A DNA stretch of 36,264 nucleotides from a bacterium (GCA_039934135.1 JBDTMT010000002.1:1-36264); one strand, 5' to 3'; positions 8,694-18,954 are shown, numbered from the stretch's first letter. Numbers and translations: made by a program. Notes: a model not told the origin generated them from the letters alone.

Positions 8694-9764
8694 ATGCAGC
8701 CTGCCACGAATGTCTTGAGCGCTGATTATCGGACGACGGTTCTGTCGAAGGAGAACCTGCCGCTGTGCATCGAACCGGTCGGGGATGCCGACGTCGGGCG
8801 GTTGTGTGACTGGCTGCGCGGCAACGCGGCGTGGGTGCAGGAGCGGCTGACGGAACATGGCGCGCTGTTGCTGCGCGGTTTTCCGATCTTCGATGCGCCG
8901 ACGTTCGAACAGGTGGCGCGCGCCATCGACGACGAGCTGCAGAACGAATACCTCGGCACCTCGCCGCGCAACGGGCTGACCGACTACGTCTTCACCGCCA
9001 GCGAGCTGCCGCCGTTCTTCCCCATTCCGCAGCACTGCGAGATGAGCTTCGTCGCGCAGCCGCCGCGGCGCGTGTTCTTCTGCTGTCTGGTGGCGCCGGG
9101 ACCGAACATGGGCGAGACGCCGCTGGTCGACTTCCGCGCCGTCTGGCGCGACCTCGACCCCGCCGTGCGCCAGCGCTTCGTGCGCGGCGGCATCCGCATC
9201 GTGCGCAACTACAGCGGGCCGCAGGGCGGCGGGAAGTTGGATCTCTGGCAGCTGAAGCGCTGGGACGAGATGTTCCTCACCACCGACAAGGCGGCGGTCG
9301 AGGCGAAGTGCCGCGAGGAAGGCTTCGAGGTGCACTGGACCGCCAACGAGGGTCTGCGCCTGATCAGCAGCCAGGCGGTTAGCCGCGATCACCCGCGCAG
9401 CGGCGAGCCGGTGTGGCACAACCACACGCAGGTCTTTCATCTCTCCGCCGCGCCGGGCGAGTACCGCCGCATCGCCGCGCTGCGGCCGACGCTGAAGAAC
9501 CGCGCCCTCGCCCTGTTCGCGCGCGCCATGGTCGGCGTGCAACGCACGCTGCGCGGCAGCGACGAACAGGCCATGCACTGCACCTACACCGACGGCAGCG
9601 AGATCGCCGACGCCGACATGGAACATGTGCGCGACCTCATCTGGCGCCACCTCGTCATCACCCCGTGGCAACGCGGCGACGTCGTCGCCATCGACAACCA
9701 CTCGGTCGCGCATGGCCGCTTGCCGTACAGCGGGCCGCGGCAGGTGGCGGTGGCGTGGGCGTGA
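8694..9764 (+). CDS. TauD/TfdA family Fe(II)/2-oxoglutarate dioxygenase (SyrP-like)
   Basis: HGALLLRGF, SPRN, IPQHCEMSF (HxE), GETPLVD, WQRGDVVAIDNHSVAHGRLPYSGPR. Confidence 0.9.
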   Translation: MQPATNVLSADYRTTVLSKENLPLCIEPVGDADVGRLCDWLRGNAAWVQERLTEHGALLLRGFPIFDAPTFEQVARAIDDELQNEYLGTSPRNGLTDYVFTASELPPFFPIPQHCEMSFVAQPPRRVFFCCLVAPGPNMGETPLVDFRAVWRDLDPAVRQRFVRGGIRIVRNYSGPQGGGKLDLWQLKRWDEMFLTTDKAAVEAKCREEGFEVHWTANEGLRLISSQAVSRDHPRSGEPVWHNHTQVFHLSAAPGEYRRIAALRPTLKNRALALFARAMVGVQRTLRGSDEQAMHCTYTDGSEIADADMEHVRDLIWRHLVITPWQRGDVVAIDNHSVAHGRLPYSGPRQVAVAWA

Positions 9765-9770
9765 TCGAGG

Positions 9771-9875
9771 CAGGTTGTTGGTTGTTAGGTTGTTGGTTGT
9801 TAGGTCAGGGAGACGTAAATCGACGTTCCGTTCTGACCTAACAACGTAACAACCAACAACCTAACTAACAACCTG
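9771..9875. repeat. Inverted array of GGTTGTT(A) 7/8-mers between convergent genes; may act as a bidirectional terminator
   Basis: CAGGTTGTTGGTTGTTAGGTTGTTGGTTGTTAGGTCAG (9771-9808) versus CTGACCTAACAAC...CAACAACCTAACTAACAACCTG (9833-9875). Confidence 0.9.
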
Positions 9876-9885
9876 GCAACTCGCC

Positions 9886-11034
9886 TCATCGCAGCGTGCG
9901 AAAGAACTTCCGCACGTCGTGCACCAACAGCCCCGGCTCTTCCATCGCGGCGAAGTGGCCGCCGGCGGGCATCGGGGTCCACTGCTGGACGTTGTAGAGC
10001 TTTTCCACCCAGGCGCGCGGCGGACGCAGGATCTCGCGCGGGAAGATGGCGCAGGCGGTGGGCACTTCGACGCGGAAGTCGGTGGGCGGGAATTTATCGG
10101 CGCGCATGGTCTCACAGTAGAGACGACACGACGAGTTGGCGGTCTCCGGCGCCCAGTAGAGCATGATGTTGGTGAGCAGCTCGTCCTTGGTGAAGCGGCG
10201 CTCGACGTCGCCGCCGCAGTCGCTCCAGGTGCGGAACTTCTCGACGATCCACGCCGCCAGGCCGGCGGGCGAGTCGTTGAGGCCGAACGACAGCGTCTGC
10301 GGCTTGGTGCCCTGGATGCGCTGATAGCCGGTCTCGTCTTTCAGGAACTGCTGCGCTTCGAGCAACGGCATCAGCTCGTCCTGCGTCAGGCCGTCGACCG
10401 GATTGGCCGGATCGGGCGGAAAGGCGACCACCATGTTGAGATGGATGCCGGCCACCGGTCCGGCGTGGCGCGCGCCGAGGTAGGTGGTCACCATCGCACC
10501 CCAGTCCCCGCCCTGGGCGCCGAAGCGCTGGTAGCCAAGGCCGTCCATGAGCTGCACCCACAGCGCCGCGATGGTTTCCGGATCGACGCCGGGCTGGGTC
10601 GGATGATCGGAGAAACCGTAGCCGGGCATCGACGGGCAGACCACGTCGAAGGCGTCGGCGGCGTCGCCGCCGTGCGCGGCGGGATCGGTCAGCGGACCGA
10701 TGATCTTGCTGAACTCCGCCACCGAGCCCGGCCAGCCGTGCGTGATGACGAGCGGAAACGGCTTCGGCCCGCGGCCGCGCACGTGGATAAAGTGGACGCC
10801 GAGCCCGTCGACCTCGGCGCGGAACTGCGGCAACTCGTTCAGCCGCGCCTCTTCGACGCGCCAGTCGTAGTGATCGCGCCAGTACGCCACCAACTCGCGC
10901 ATGTACGCGAGATCGGTCCCGTAGCCCCACCCGGAGCCGGGGATCTCGTCCGGAAAACGCGTCCGCGCCAAGCGCTCGCGCAAATCGATCAGCACGGAAT
11001 CGGCGACGGCGATGCGGAAGGGCGTGGTGTGCAT
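9886..11034 (-). CDS. Epoxide hydrolase (EHN domain plus alpha/beta hydrolase)
   Basis: PFRIAV..DLRERLARTRFP, HGWPGS, PSMPGYGFS, QGGDWG, LNDSPAGLAAWIVEKF, GGHFAAMEEP. The N-terminal extension in the ORF track is repeat-derived. Confidence 0.95.
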   Translation of the reverse strand: MHTTPFRIAVADSVLIDLRERLARTRFPDEIPGSGWGYGTDLAYMRELVAYWRDHYDWRVEEARLNELPQFRAEVDGLGVHFIHVRGRGPKPFPLVITHGWPGSVAEFSKIIGPLTDPAAHGGDAADAFDVVCPSMPGYGFSDHPTQPGVDPETIAALWVQLMDGLGYQRFGAQGGDWGAMVTTYLGARHAGPVAGIHLNMVVAFPPDPANPVDGLTQDELMPLLEAQQFLKDETGYQRIQGTKPQTLSFGLNDSPAGLAAWIVEKFRTWSDCGGDVERRFTKDELLTNIMLYWAPETANSSCRLYCETMRADKFPPTDFRVEVPTACAIFPREILRPPRAWVEKLYNVQQWTPMPAGGHFAAMEEPGLLVHDVRKFFRTLR

Positions 11035-11100
11035 GGGCCTGGTTGTAGGATGAAGCGCGGCGTCGAGAAAGCTGGGCGCGGGCCGCTGTGGTCGTGCGCC

Positions 11101-11459
11101 GGTGTGGGCGTGCCCGTGTGCCGGTGCGCCCGTGACCCGTGCGCCCGTATGCCCGTATGCCCGTATGCCCGTGACCCGTGCGCCCGTGGATTCATACTGT
11201 CCCCTAGATTTGGCGTGCGTAAGTCGGAACCGATCCACTCCGAATCCGGCACGGGCACACAGGCTCACGGGCACACGGGCGCACGGCGCACGGGCACACG
11301 GGCACACAGGCGCACGGGCACACAGACGCACGGGCACACAGGCGCACGGGCACACGGGCAAACAGGCACACGGGCACACGGGCACACAGGCGCACGGGCA
11401 CACGGGCAAACAGGCGCACGGGCGCACGGGCAAACAGGCGCACGGGCGCACGGGCACAC
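11101..11459. repeat. Inverted array of 8-mer tandem repeats (TGCCCGTG / CACGGGCA)
   Basis: About 11 units of (T/C)GCCCGT(G/A) at 11101-11188, a ~60-nt unique spacer, then about 26 units of CAC(G/A)GGC(A/G) at 11248-11459. Confidence 0.92.
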
Positions 11460-11461
11460 CT

Positions 11462-12358
11462 TCAGCGCGCCTGCGCCTGCGGCCCGGTCACGAACGCCAG
11501 AATGCCGACCGCCGTCAGCGCCAGGCCGAGCCATTGCTGGAGCGTCGCGACTTCGCCGATCAGCAGGAAGGTGGCGACGAAAGACAGCACGGGGATGAGT
11601 GGAACGACGATGGCGGTGGCGCGCGTCAGGTCGAGGCGCGCGATGGCCTGGTACCACAGCAGCGTGCCGGCGAAGCCGAGGCCAGCGCCCTGCGTGATCA
11701 ACAGCGGCGTCAGGTGCAGCAGCTCATCGCGCGCCGGAAGTGTGCTGGCGCCGCCGACCAGCGCCCACAGCACCACCAGCAGCACGCCGCCGTAGAGGTA
11801 GCGCGCGCCGCCCAACACCACCGCCGGCACACCGGCCAGGCCGCGCAGCACGATCAGGTGCGAGACCTGCCAGCACAACGGCGTCGCCAGCAGCAGCCAG
11901 ACGCCCGCGCCGGCCTCGAAGTCGCCACCGCAGAGCGCCAGCCCGATGCCGGCGAGCAGCAGCGCCGTGGCGCCGAGGCGGCGGCGCGTCGGCCGGTGCC
12001 CGAGCACCAGCCAGGTGAGCAACAGCGCGTAAGCCGGCTCGATCTGCAGGCACAGCGTCGTGGCGATGGCGCTGCTGCGGCTGGCGCCGAAGTAGAAGCA
12101 CAGCTGCGCGGCCGCCGTGCCGAGCGCGCCGATGAGCATCAGCCGCGGCGCCAGCTCGCGCCGCACCAGCATCGGCAGCGCGCCGCGCACGCCCAGCAGC
12201 ACGACGGCGGCGAGCGCCGCGCTGGCGGTGCTGGCCGCGGCGACGAACAGCGCGTCGGCGCCACCGGTGGTGAGCTTGGCCAGCGCCGGCGCGAAGGCGC
12301 CGAGCAGCGCGCACAGCGCGGCGAAGATCAACCCGGCGCGTTCGTCCGGCGCGCGCAT
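11462..12358 (-). CDS. DMT/EamA family transporter
   Basis: About 10 hydrophobic segments, QIEPAYALLL..LVLGHR, LWYQAIARLDLTRATAI, LIGE. Confidence 0.85.
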   Translation of the reverse strand: MRAPDERAGLIFAALCALLGAFAPALAKLTTGGADALFVAAASTASAALAAVVLLGVRGALPMLVRRELAPRLMLIGALGTAAAQLCFYFGASRSSAIATTLCLQIEPAYALLLTWLVLGHRPTRRRLGATALLLAGIGLALCGGDFEAGAGVWLLLATPLCWQVSHLIVLRGLAGVPAVVLGGARYLYGGVLLVVLWALVGGASTLPARDELLHLTPLLITQGAGLGFAGTLLWYQAIARLDLTRATAIVVPLIPVLSFVATFLLIGEVATLQQWLGLALTAVGILAFVTGPQAQAR

Positions 12359-12400
12359 CAGGCGCGTCCGCCTCTACCGCCAAGGCGACATGCTCCGGCG

Positions 12401-12445
12401 CCGCTGCGCGGCGCCGGCCACGGGTCTCGAGACCCGCGCCACCAG
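12401..12445 (-). repeat. REP element (GTGG-CGCGGGTCTnnAGACCCG family), single copy
   Basis: Near-identical to 24426-24470. Confidence 0.8.
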
Positions 12446-12919
12446 GACTGGGCCGCCGTAGGCGCGGGCTCGGCGGGCGGCGCCGCGGCGTCGCCCGCCA
12501 ACCGCCGACGTGCTGGTCGAGAGGCTGGCCGAGCCCGGTCGCTCTGGCCGTGGCCGTTCCGGTGCGCGTGGCCTTGGCACCGGTGGCGCGGCGAGAGGCG
12601 GTGCGCGCGAGCGCGGACGGTGATGCGAACGGACACGACGAGGCCGCCTTCGGCCACGCCACATGCCGCATCGGCGGCGCCGACGCCACCGGCGAGGATA
12701 CGTTGACCGGCGCGCCCAGCGAGTAGGACTGCGCATGGATAGCGCCGTGCGGGTTGCAGTGGCAGGCGCGCAGCGCGCGGACATCCTCCGCATCGACCGG
12801 CGGCGGCGCCGATGACCGCGCCGCCGCGTGGTCACGGCCTGGCAGCCTGCTGCGTGGGCAATTCGCCACTGGCGCCGGCGCCCTCACGGTGTACATCGTC
12901 ACGTTGAGGACGCTGTGAG

Positions 12920-15427
12920 ATGACTGCTGCCGCCGTACGCGACGCTCGGGCGGCCGAGGTCCGCGCCGAGCAGGACGCGCGCTTCCGCGCCCTGGTGCAA
13001 TACTCATCGGACATCATCACCGTCCTCGCCGCCGACGGCACCGTGCGTTATAACACGCCGGCGATCGAGACGGTTCTCGGCTGGCAAGCGGAAGAGATGG
13101 TCGGGCGCAGCGCCTTCGATTTCGTGCATCCCGATGACCTGGACATGGTCGTCCGCGCCTTCGGTGAGACGTTGGCGGCGCCGGGCGTCGCCGTCCCGGT
13201 GACCTTCCGTTTTCTGCATCGCGACGGGCACTGGGTGTACCTCGAAGCGATCGGCAGCAACCACCTCGACGATCCGCAGGTGCAGGGCATGGTGGTGAAC
13301 AGCCGCGACCTCACCGAGCGGCGCCGCGTCGAAGCGTCGCTTCACGAGACGCGCCAACGCTACCAGATGTTGATCGAGCAGGTGCCGGTGGGGATTCTGT
13401 TCACCGACGCCGCCGGCCAGGTCACCAACGCCAATCCCGCCGCGTTGGCGATCTTCGGTTCACCGAACGAGGCGGCGACGACGGCCTTCAACGTCCGCAC
13501 GATGGAACAACTGGTCGGTCCCGGGGTGCGCGCCGCGTATGGGCGCGTGCTCGATCAGCACAGCATCGAGCGTCTGGAGGTCTCCTACTTGTCGTACTGG
13601 GGCAAGCGCGCCGAGCTGCGCCTGGTCGTGACCCCGTTGATCGAGCCCCCGGGCCGCCTCGTCGGAACCGTCTCGATCATCGAGGACGTCACCGATCGCG
13701 CCCGTGCCACGCGCGAGAAAGCGGCGCTGTTGGAGATCGCGCGCGACATCAGCGGCACGCTCGACCAGGCGGCCATCCTGGAGCGCGTCCATCGGCGCGC
13801 CGCCGAACTGCTGCCCTGCGACCTCGCCGCCACCTGGATCGTCGACTCCGGACACGGCGGCCTGCACGGCCTCATTGCGCACGGCCTGCCGCCCGCCCTG
13901 GTGCAGGCCGCCGACGCGATCTCGTTGCAAGCCGACCACCCGCTGATCGCCGCCATCAGCGCCGGACGGACGATCGTGCTGAACGCCGCCGATCTACAGC
14001 AGCCTGCCGCCCGCGAGCACTTGCTCGCCCTCGGCATCGGCGCCGCCGCCATCACGCCGCTGGTGGTGCGCGGCGAGGTCACCGGCGCGCTCGCCGCGTT
14101 GCGCGGGCCCGACGGCGCCCCGTTCACCCCGGACGAGGTCCAGCTGTTCGAAGGCATCGGTCGTCAGGTGGCGCTGATGCTCGGCGCCGCGGCGCTGCAC
14201 CGCGCCGAGCAGGAAGAGGCAGCGATCTCGAACGCGCTGGCGCGCGTCGGGCGAGAGCTGATCTCGTCGCTGTCGAGTCCGGATGTGCTCGACCGTCTGT
14301 GCGAGGTCACCGCTCGCGTACTCGGCTGCGACCGCACCCACACTTTGCTGTTCGACGCCGCCGATCGCGTCTACCGTATCGCCGCCGCGTACGGCGATGG
14401 GCCGGAAGAAGTCGCGGCGGCGCGCACCCTCCGCCTGCCGGAGAGTTTCTCGCCGTCGCTGACGGCGCGCCTGCGCGACGACGACGTCACCCAGGCGCAG
14501 CGCGGCCTGGATCCGAAGGTAGTGGCGATCAACGAGCATCTCGGCATCAGCGCCGTGATGTACCTGGCCCTGCGCCGCGGCGACGAGCTCATCGGGATGC
14601 TCAGCGCCGAGTATCACGGCGGACCGCGCAGCTTCAGCCCGCAGCAGGAGCGCATCGGGCGCGGCATCGCGCAGCTGGCCTCGCTGACGCTGGAGGATGT
14701 GCGCCTGGTCGACGAGCTGGAGCGCGCCAATCAGCTCAAGTCGGAGTTCGTCGCCACCATGTCGCACGAGCTGCGCACGCCGCTGAACATCATCCTCGGC
14801 TATCATGGCCTGCTGCTCGACGGCACCTTCGGCGACCTCACCGCCGAACAGCGCGACGCCTTGGAGCGCAGCGACCGCAACGCCCGCGCCCTGTTGGAAA
14901 TGATCAGCACGACGCTCGACCTGAGCCGCCTGGAAGCCGGCCAGCTGCGGCTCGACGTGCGCGAGTTCGGCCTGGCCGAGCTGTTGCACGAGCTGGATCT
15001 CGAGACCCGCGAGCTCGCCCGGCCGCCCGGCGTCCACCTCGAATGGCATGCCGCACCGCCGCTGCTGCGCCTGCGCACGGACGCGGCGAAGCTCAAGGTG
15101 GTGGTCAAGAATCTGGTCGGCAACGCGCTGAAGTTCACCGACGCGGGCCGCATCGCCGTGCATGCCACGGCGCGCGACAGCGGCATCGAGATCGTCGTCA
15201 GCGACACCGGCGTCGGCATCGCCGCCGAACTCCAGCCGGCCATCTTCGAAGCCTTTCGCCAGGTCGGCGTCAGTGCGACGCGCCAGGGCGGCGTCGGCCT
15301 GGGGCTGTACATCGTGCGCCGTTTGCTCGATGAGCTCGGCGGCATGGTCGAGGTGGAGAGTACGCCCGGCGAGGGTTCGACCTTCCGCGTCACCCTTCCC
15401 GCCACGCCGCTCGGCGGGCCAGGCTGA
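12920..15427 (+). CDS. Cytoplasmic sensor histidine kinase, PAS-PAS-GAF-GAF-HisKA-HATPase
   Basis: PAS ([24 protein letters not shown]; EDVTDR), two GAF-like regions ([17 protein letters not shown]; [16 protein letters not shown]), H-box [11 protein letters not shown]-box [22 protein letters not shown]. No obvious TM segment. Confidence 0.93.
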   Translation: MTAAAVRDARAAEVRAEQDARFRALVQYSSDIITVLAADGTVRYNTPAIETVLGWQAEEMVGRSAFDFVHPDDLDMVVRAFGETLAAPGVAVPVTFRFLHRDGHWVYLEAIGSNHLDDPQVQGMVVNSRDLTERRRVEASLHETRQRYQMLIEQVPVGILFTDAAGQVTNANPAALAIFGSPNEAATTAFNVRTMEQLVGPGVRAAYGRVLDQHSIERLEVSYLSYWGKRAELRLVVTPLIEPPGRLVGTVSIIEDVTDRARATREKAALLEIARDISGTLDQAAILERVHRRAAELLPCDLAATWIVDSGHGGLHGLIAHGLPPALVQAADAISLQADHPLIAAISAGRTIVLNAADLQQPAAREHLLALGIGAAAITPLVVRGEVTGALAALRGPDGAPFTPDEVQLFEGIGRQVALMLGAAALHRAEQEEAAISNALARVGRELISSLSSPDVLDRLCEVTARVLGCDRTHTLLFDAADRVYRIAAAYGDGPEEVAAARTLRLPESFSPSLTARLRDDDVTQAQRGLDPKVVAINEHLGISAVMYLALRRGDELIGMLSAEYHGGPRSFSPQQERIGRGIAQLASLTLEDVRLVDELERANQLKSEFVATMSHELRTPLNIILGYHGLLLDGTFGDLTAEQRDALERSDRNARALLEMISTTLDLSRLEAGQLRLDVREFGLAELLHELDLETRELARPPGVHLEWHAAPPLLRLRTDAAKLKVVVKNLVGNALKFTDAGRIAVHATARDSGIEIVVSDTGVGIAAELQPAIFEAFRQVGVSATRQGGVGLGLYIVRRLLDELGGMVEVESTPGEGSTFRVTLPATPLGGPG

Positions 15428-15436
15428 GGGGGCGCG

Positions 15437-15856
15437 ATGCCCGACTGCATCTTCTGCCGCATCGTCGCCGGCGAAGCGCCGTGCCACCGCGTCAGCGAAG
15501 ACGAGCGGACGGTGGCGTTCATGGACGTGTTTCCGGTCACCGACGGCCACACGCTGGTGATCACCAAGGAACACGCGCCGACCATCTACGACGCCAGCGA
15601 GGCGGCGCTGGCGGCGGTCACCGCCACCGCCCGCCGCGTCGCCCACGCCATCCGCGCCACGCTGGCGCCCGACGGCCTGATGGTCTTCCAGCTCAACGGC
15701 GCCGCGGCGATGCAGACCGTCTTTCACTACCACATGCATCTGCTGCCGCGCCGCGAGGGCGAGCCGCTGGCCCTGCACACGCGCGTCCCTGGCGATCCGG
15801 CGCGCCTGGCGGAGATCGCCGCGCGGTTGGCAGGCGCGCTGGCAGAGTCAGCATGA
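15437..15856 (+). CDS. HIT family nucleotide hydrolase
   Basis: DCIFCRIVAGE, GHTLVI, QTVFHYHMHLLPR histidine triad. Confidence 0.95.
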   Translation: MPDCIFCRIVAGEAPCHRVSEDERTVAFMDVFPVTDGHTLVITKEHAPTIYDASEAALAAVTATARRVAHAIRATLAPDGLMVFQLNGAAAMQTVFHYHMHLLPRREGEPLALHTRVPGDPARLAEIAARLAGALAESA

Positions 15857-15857
15857 C

Positions 15858-16040
15858 CTGTGCGCTCGTGAGCCCGTGCGCCTGTGCGCCTGTGAGCCCG
15901 TGAGCCTGTGAGCCCGTGAGCCTGTACGCCGGTGTGCCGGTATGGGATCGAGCCAACAGAATTTGATCGGCGTCACACGGGCGGACGGGCTCACAGGCGC
16001 ACGGGCGCACGGGCGCCTGAACACAGGCGCACAGGCGCAC
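15858..16040. repeat. Inverted array of 8-mer tandem repeats (GCCTGTGA / CACAGGCG), same family as 11101-11459
   Basis: About 10 units of GCC(T/C)GTG(A/C) at 15858-15943, a ~30-nt spacer, then CAC(A/G)GGCG units at 15975-16040. Confidence 0.88.
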
Positions 16041-16142
16041 GCTCCTACCAAGCGCGAGCCCAACCGCCAGAAGCGGTGCGCGCGCGAACTCCACACCACG
16101 CGCGCTTGCCTTTTCGCGCTTCGCCCCGGCTAATCGCGCCTC

Positions 16143-17855
16143 GTGTCGAATCCCGCCAACCCCCATGCGCTGCTGCTGTACGACCATCCCAGCTCGCCGT
16201 GCGCACGGCGCGTGCGCATCACGCTGCTGGAGAAGGGCCTGGCGTGGGAGACGCAGCTCATCGACCTGTCGCGTCTGGAGCAGCGCAGCGCTGAGTATCT
16301 GCGGCTGAATCCGAACGGCTTCGTGCCGACGCTGGCGCACGGCGAGCGCGTCATCTACGAATCCAACGTCATCACCGAGTATCTCGACGCCGCCTTCCCC
16401 GCCGTGCGCCTCTACCCGCACGATCCCTGGGAGCTGGCGCAGGTGAAGATGTGGCAAGCGGCCGAGCTGGCGATGGCCAAGGACTATCGGCCGCTGATGT
16501 ACCAGCGGCTGATGGGGCCGATGGTGCGCCTGACGCGCACGCTGGAGGAAGCCCTGGCAGCGGCCAGGCGCTCGACCAGTGCCGCGGCGGACCTTGCCTG
16601 GGAAGAGAAGGTCTGGAAGCTGGAGGTGCTGACGCCTGAACAGGAGGAGCAGACCGAGGCGCGCCTGTGGTCGTGGCTCGACAGGCTCGAGCGCCATCTC
16701 GACGGACGCCAGTTCCTCGTCGGCGACCGCTTCACCCAGGCCGAAGTGTCGGTGTTTCCGCGGCTCATGATGTACGCCTTCGTGCGCCTGCCGATCGACG
16801 CGGCGCGCCATCCCCGCGTCACCGCGTGGATGGAGCGGCAGCGCGAACGGCCGTCGTTCGTCGCGACCCAGACCGCCGCCGACACGCAGCTCGCCGGCAT
16901 CACGCGCGGGCCGCTGCTGCCGTGGCTCAGCCGCACGCTGCAGAAACCCGAGCGCCAGCGCAGTCTCGGCGAACGTGCGCGGCTGTGGACGACGCGCCGC
17001 GCCGCCCTACGACAGATGGGCGAGAGCGCGCGCGGCGGCGCCGAGCGGCCGGCGCTGCGCCCGCCCGCCGCGGGCGCGGTGCCGCCAACCGATCAGCCAA
17101 CGCCGCGCCCGACGATAGACCCGGCGCTGCGCACCGCGCCCATCACCCTCTACGATCATCCGCTGTCGCCGCACGGCCGCCGCATCCGCATCCTGCTGCG
17201 CGAAAAGGGCCTCGAGTGGACGACGGTCGAGGTCGACCTGCCGCGCCTGGCGCACAAGGCGCCCGCCTATCTGGCGCTCAACCCCAACGGCGAACTGCCG
17301 ACGCTGCGTCACGGCGAGCGCATCGTCATCGACTCCGGCCTCATCGCCGAGTATCTCGACCGCGTCTACGCCGGCGTACCGCTGTTCCCCGATCATCCCT
17401 TCCTCGCCGCGCAGACACGCATGTGGCTGGCGCTGGAGGCCGGCGCGCACAAGGAGTTCCGGCCGCTGTTCTGGCTCTACGCCGTGCGGCCGTTGCTCAC
17501 CTCGCGCAACGTGCGCGCCGACGAGCTGCCGACCCTGGTGCCCGACGGCGTCGATGCGTCGCACGTCGCCTGGCTGCGCGACACCCTGGCCGGCACGCCG
17601 CGCTTCGACACCAGCGAGCTGCTGGCGCGCGAGCTCATCCACAAGAAGCTCGACGTGCTCGAATACGCCCTGCGCAGCCGTGACTACCTGGTTGGCGACG
17701 CGCTCAGCATGGCGGACGTCGCCTGGTTCACCCGCCTCGATCTGCTGCCGCAGCTCGGCGTCGACACCGACCGCGCCCGCCACCCGAACCTGCGCCGTTG
17801 GTTCGAACGCCTCTCCGCGCGGCCGTCGTTTCAAGAAACCGCAACCCACAGATGA
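16143..17855 (+). CDS. Tandem (two-module) glutathione S-transferase family protein
   Basis: Two complete GST_N plus GST_C modules: LYDHPSSPCARRVR..LNPNGFVPTL..ESNVITEYLD..FLVGDRFTQAE and LYDHPLSPHGRRIR..LNPNGELPTL..DSGLIAEYLD..YLVGDALSMAD; both end in RPSF. Confidence 0.92.
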   Translation: MSNPANPHALLLYDHPSSPCARRVRITLLEKGLAWETQLIDLSRLEQRSAEYLRLNPNGFVPTLAHGERVIYESNVITEYLDAAFPAVRLYPHDPWELAQVKMWQAAELAMAKDYRPLMYQRLMGPMVRLTRTLEEALAAARRSTSAAADLAWEEKVWKLEVLTPEQEEQTEARLWSWLDRLERHLDGRQFLVGDRFTQAEVSVFPRLMMYAFVRLPIDAARHPRVTAWMERQRERPSFVATQTAADTQLAGITRGPLLPWLSRTLQKPERQRSLGERARLWTTRRAALRQMGESARGGAERPALRPPAAGAVPPTDQPTPRPTIDPALRTAPITLYDHPLSPHGRRIRILLREKGLEWTTVEVDLPRLAHKAPAYLALNPNGELPTLRHGERIVIDSGLIAEYLDRVYAGVPLFPDHPFLAAQTRMWLALEAGAHKEFRPLFWLYAVRPLLTSRNVRADELPTLVPDGVDASHVAWLRDTLAGTPRFDTSELLARELIHKKLDVLEYALRSRDYLVGDALSMADVAWFTRLDLLPQLGVDTDRARHPNLRRWFERLSARPSFQETATHR

Positions 17856-17940
17856 ACACCGAGAACTACAGATAAGTCCGGCGGCCGCCGTCTAGACGGT
17901 CGTCTCCGCGTTCATCTGTCGTTTTCTGTGTTCTCTGTGG
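17846..17940. repeat. Inverted repeat with 10-nt-periodic arms (CACAGATGAA type) between convergent genes
   Basis: CCACAGATGAACACCGAGAACTACAGATAA versus TTCATCTGTCGTTTTCTGTGTTCTCTGTGG; contains the GST stop codon. Confidence 0.75.
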
Positions 17941-17952
17941 AAGGATTTTTCC

Positions 17953-18954
17953 TCAGCCCGGATCGAGCTCGGAACCGGCGGCGACGCGCAGCAGCCCGCG
18001 GTAGGCCTGTGACGGCGTCGCGCCTTCATGCACGACGCGGTACACCTCGCGCGCGATCGGCATCTCGACCTCGTACTTCGCCGCCAGCTCCATGACCACG
18101 CGCGAGGTCTTCACGCCCTCGGCGACCATGTGCATCTCGTCGCAGATGTCGGCGATGGTGCGGCCCTTGCCGAGCTGTTCGCCGACGTAGCGGTTGCGGC
18201 TCTGCTTGCTGGCGCAGGTGGCGACCAGATCGCCCATGCCGGCCAGGCCGGCGAAGGTGTGTGGCTTGCCGCCCATGGCGACGCCGAGGCGGGTCAGCTC
18301 GGCGAGGCCGCGCGTGACCACCGCCGCCTTGGTGTTGTCGCCGACGCCGAGGCCGGCGCCCATGCCGGCGGCGATGGCGATGACGTTCTTCAGCGCCCCG
18401 CCGACCTCGCAGCCGATGACGTCCTGATTGGTGTAGACGCGGAAGATGCGCGAGCGGAATAGCGCCCGCAACGCCAGCAGGATGGTCTCGTCATCCATCG
18501 CCATGACGCTCGCGGCGGCAAAGCCAGCCATGATCTCGCGCGCCAGGTTGGGGCCGGTGAGCAGGCCGGCCGGATGGCCGGGCAGCACCTCGTTGATCAC
18601 CTGCGTCATGCGCAGCAACGAGCCCTGCTCCAGACCCTTGGCGAGGCTGATGATCGGCACCCAGGCGCGGATGTGGTCGCGCACCAGTTCGAGGGTCGAA
18701 CGGAAGCCGTGCGACGGCACGCCCATGATGACCACGTCGGCGCTGCACACCGCCTCGGCGATGTCGGCGGTGGCGCGCAGCTCGCGACCGACGCGACTGG
18801 TGCCGAGATAGCGCGTGTTGGTGCGCCGCGTGTTGATCTCGTCAGCCGTGTCCGCGTTGCGCGCCCACAGCACCGTCGGCCCGTTGTGCGCCGCGATCGA
18901 CGCCACGGTGGTCCCCCACGACCCCGCCCCGATCACCGCGACCTTCAACCGCAT
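17953..18954 (-). CDS. gpsA: NAD(P)H-dependent glycerol-3-phosphate dehydrogenase
   Basis: [56 protein letters not shown]. Confidence 0.95.
   Translation of the reverse strand: MRLKVAVIGAGSWGTTVASIAAHNGPTVLWARNADTADEINTRRTNTRYLGTSRVGRELRATADIAEAVCSADVVIMGVPSHGFRSTLELVRDHIRAWVPIISLAKGLEQGSLLRMTQVINEVLPGHPAGLLTGPNLAREIMAGFAAASVMAMDDETILLALRALFRSRIFRVYTNQDVIGCEVGGALKNVIAIAAGMGAGLGVGDNTKAAVVTRGLAELTRLGVAMGGKPHTFAGLAGMGDLVATCASKQSRNRYVGEQLGKGRTIADICDEMHMVAEGVKTSRVVMELAAKYEVEMPIAREVYRVVHEGATPSQAYRGLLRVAAGSELDPG

Noticed and set aside
11035-11457. Cys/Pro-rich N-terminal extension of the epoxide hydrolase and His/Gly-rich ORFs (11102-12706, 9919-11598)
   Set aside because: These are translations of the octamer repeat, which lacks stop codons; family similarity starts at ATG 11034.
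11101-11459. Tandem arrays (also 15858-16040 and 27736-27778) as CRISPR arrays
   Set aside because: Units are 7-8 nt and contiguous, with no unique spacers between them and no cas genes.
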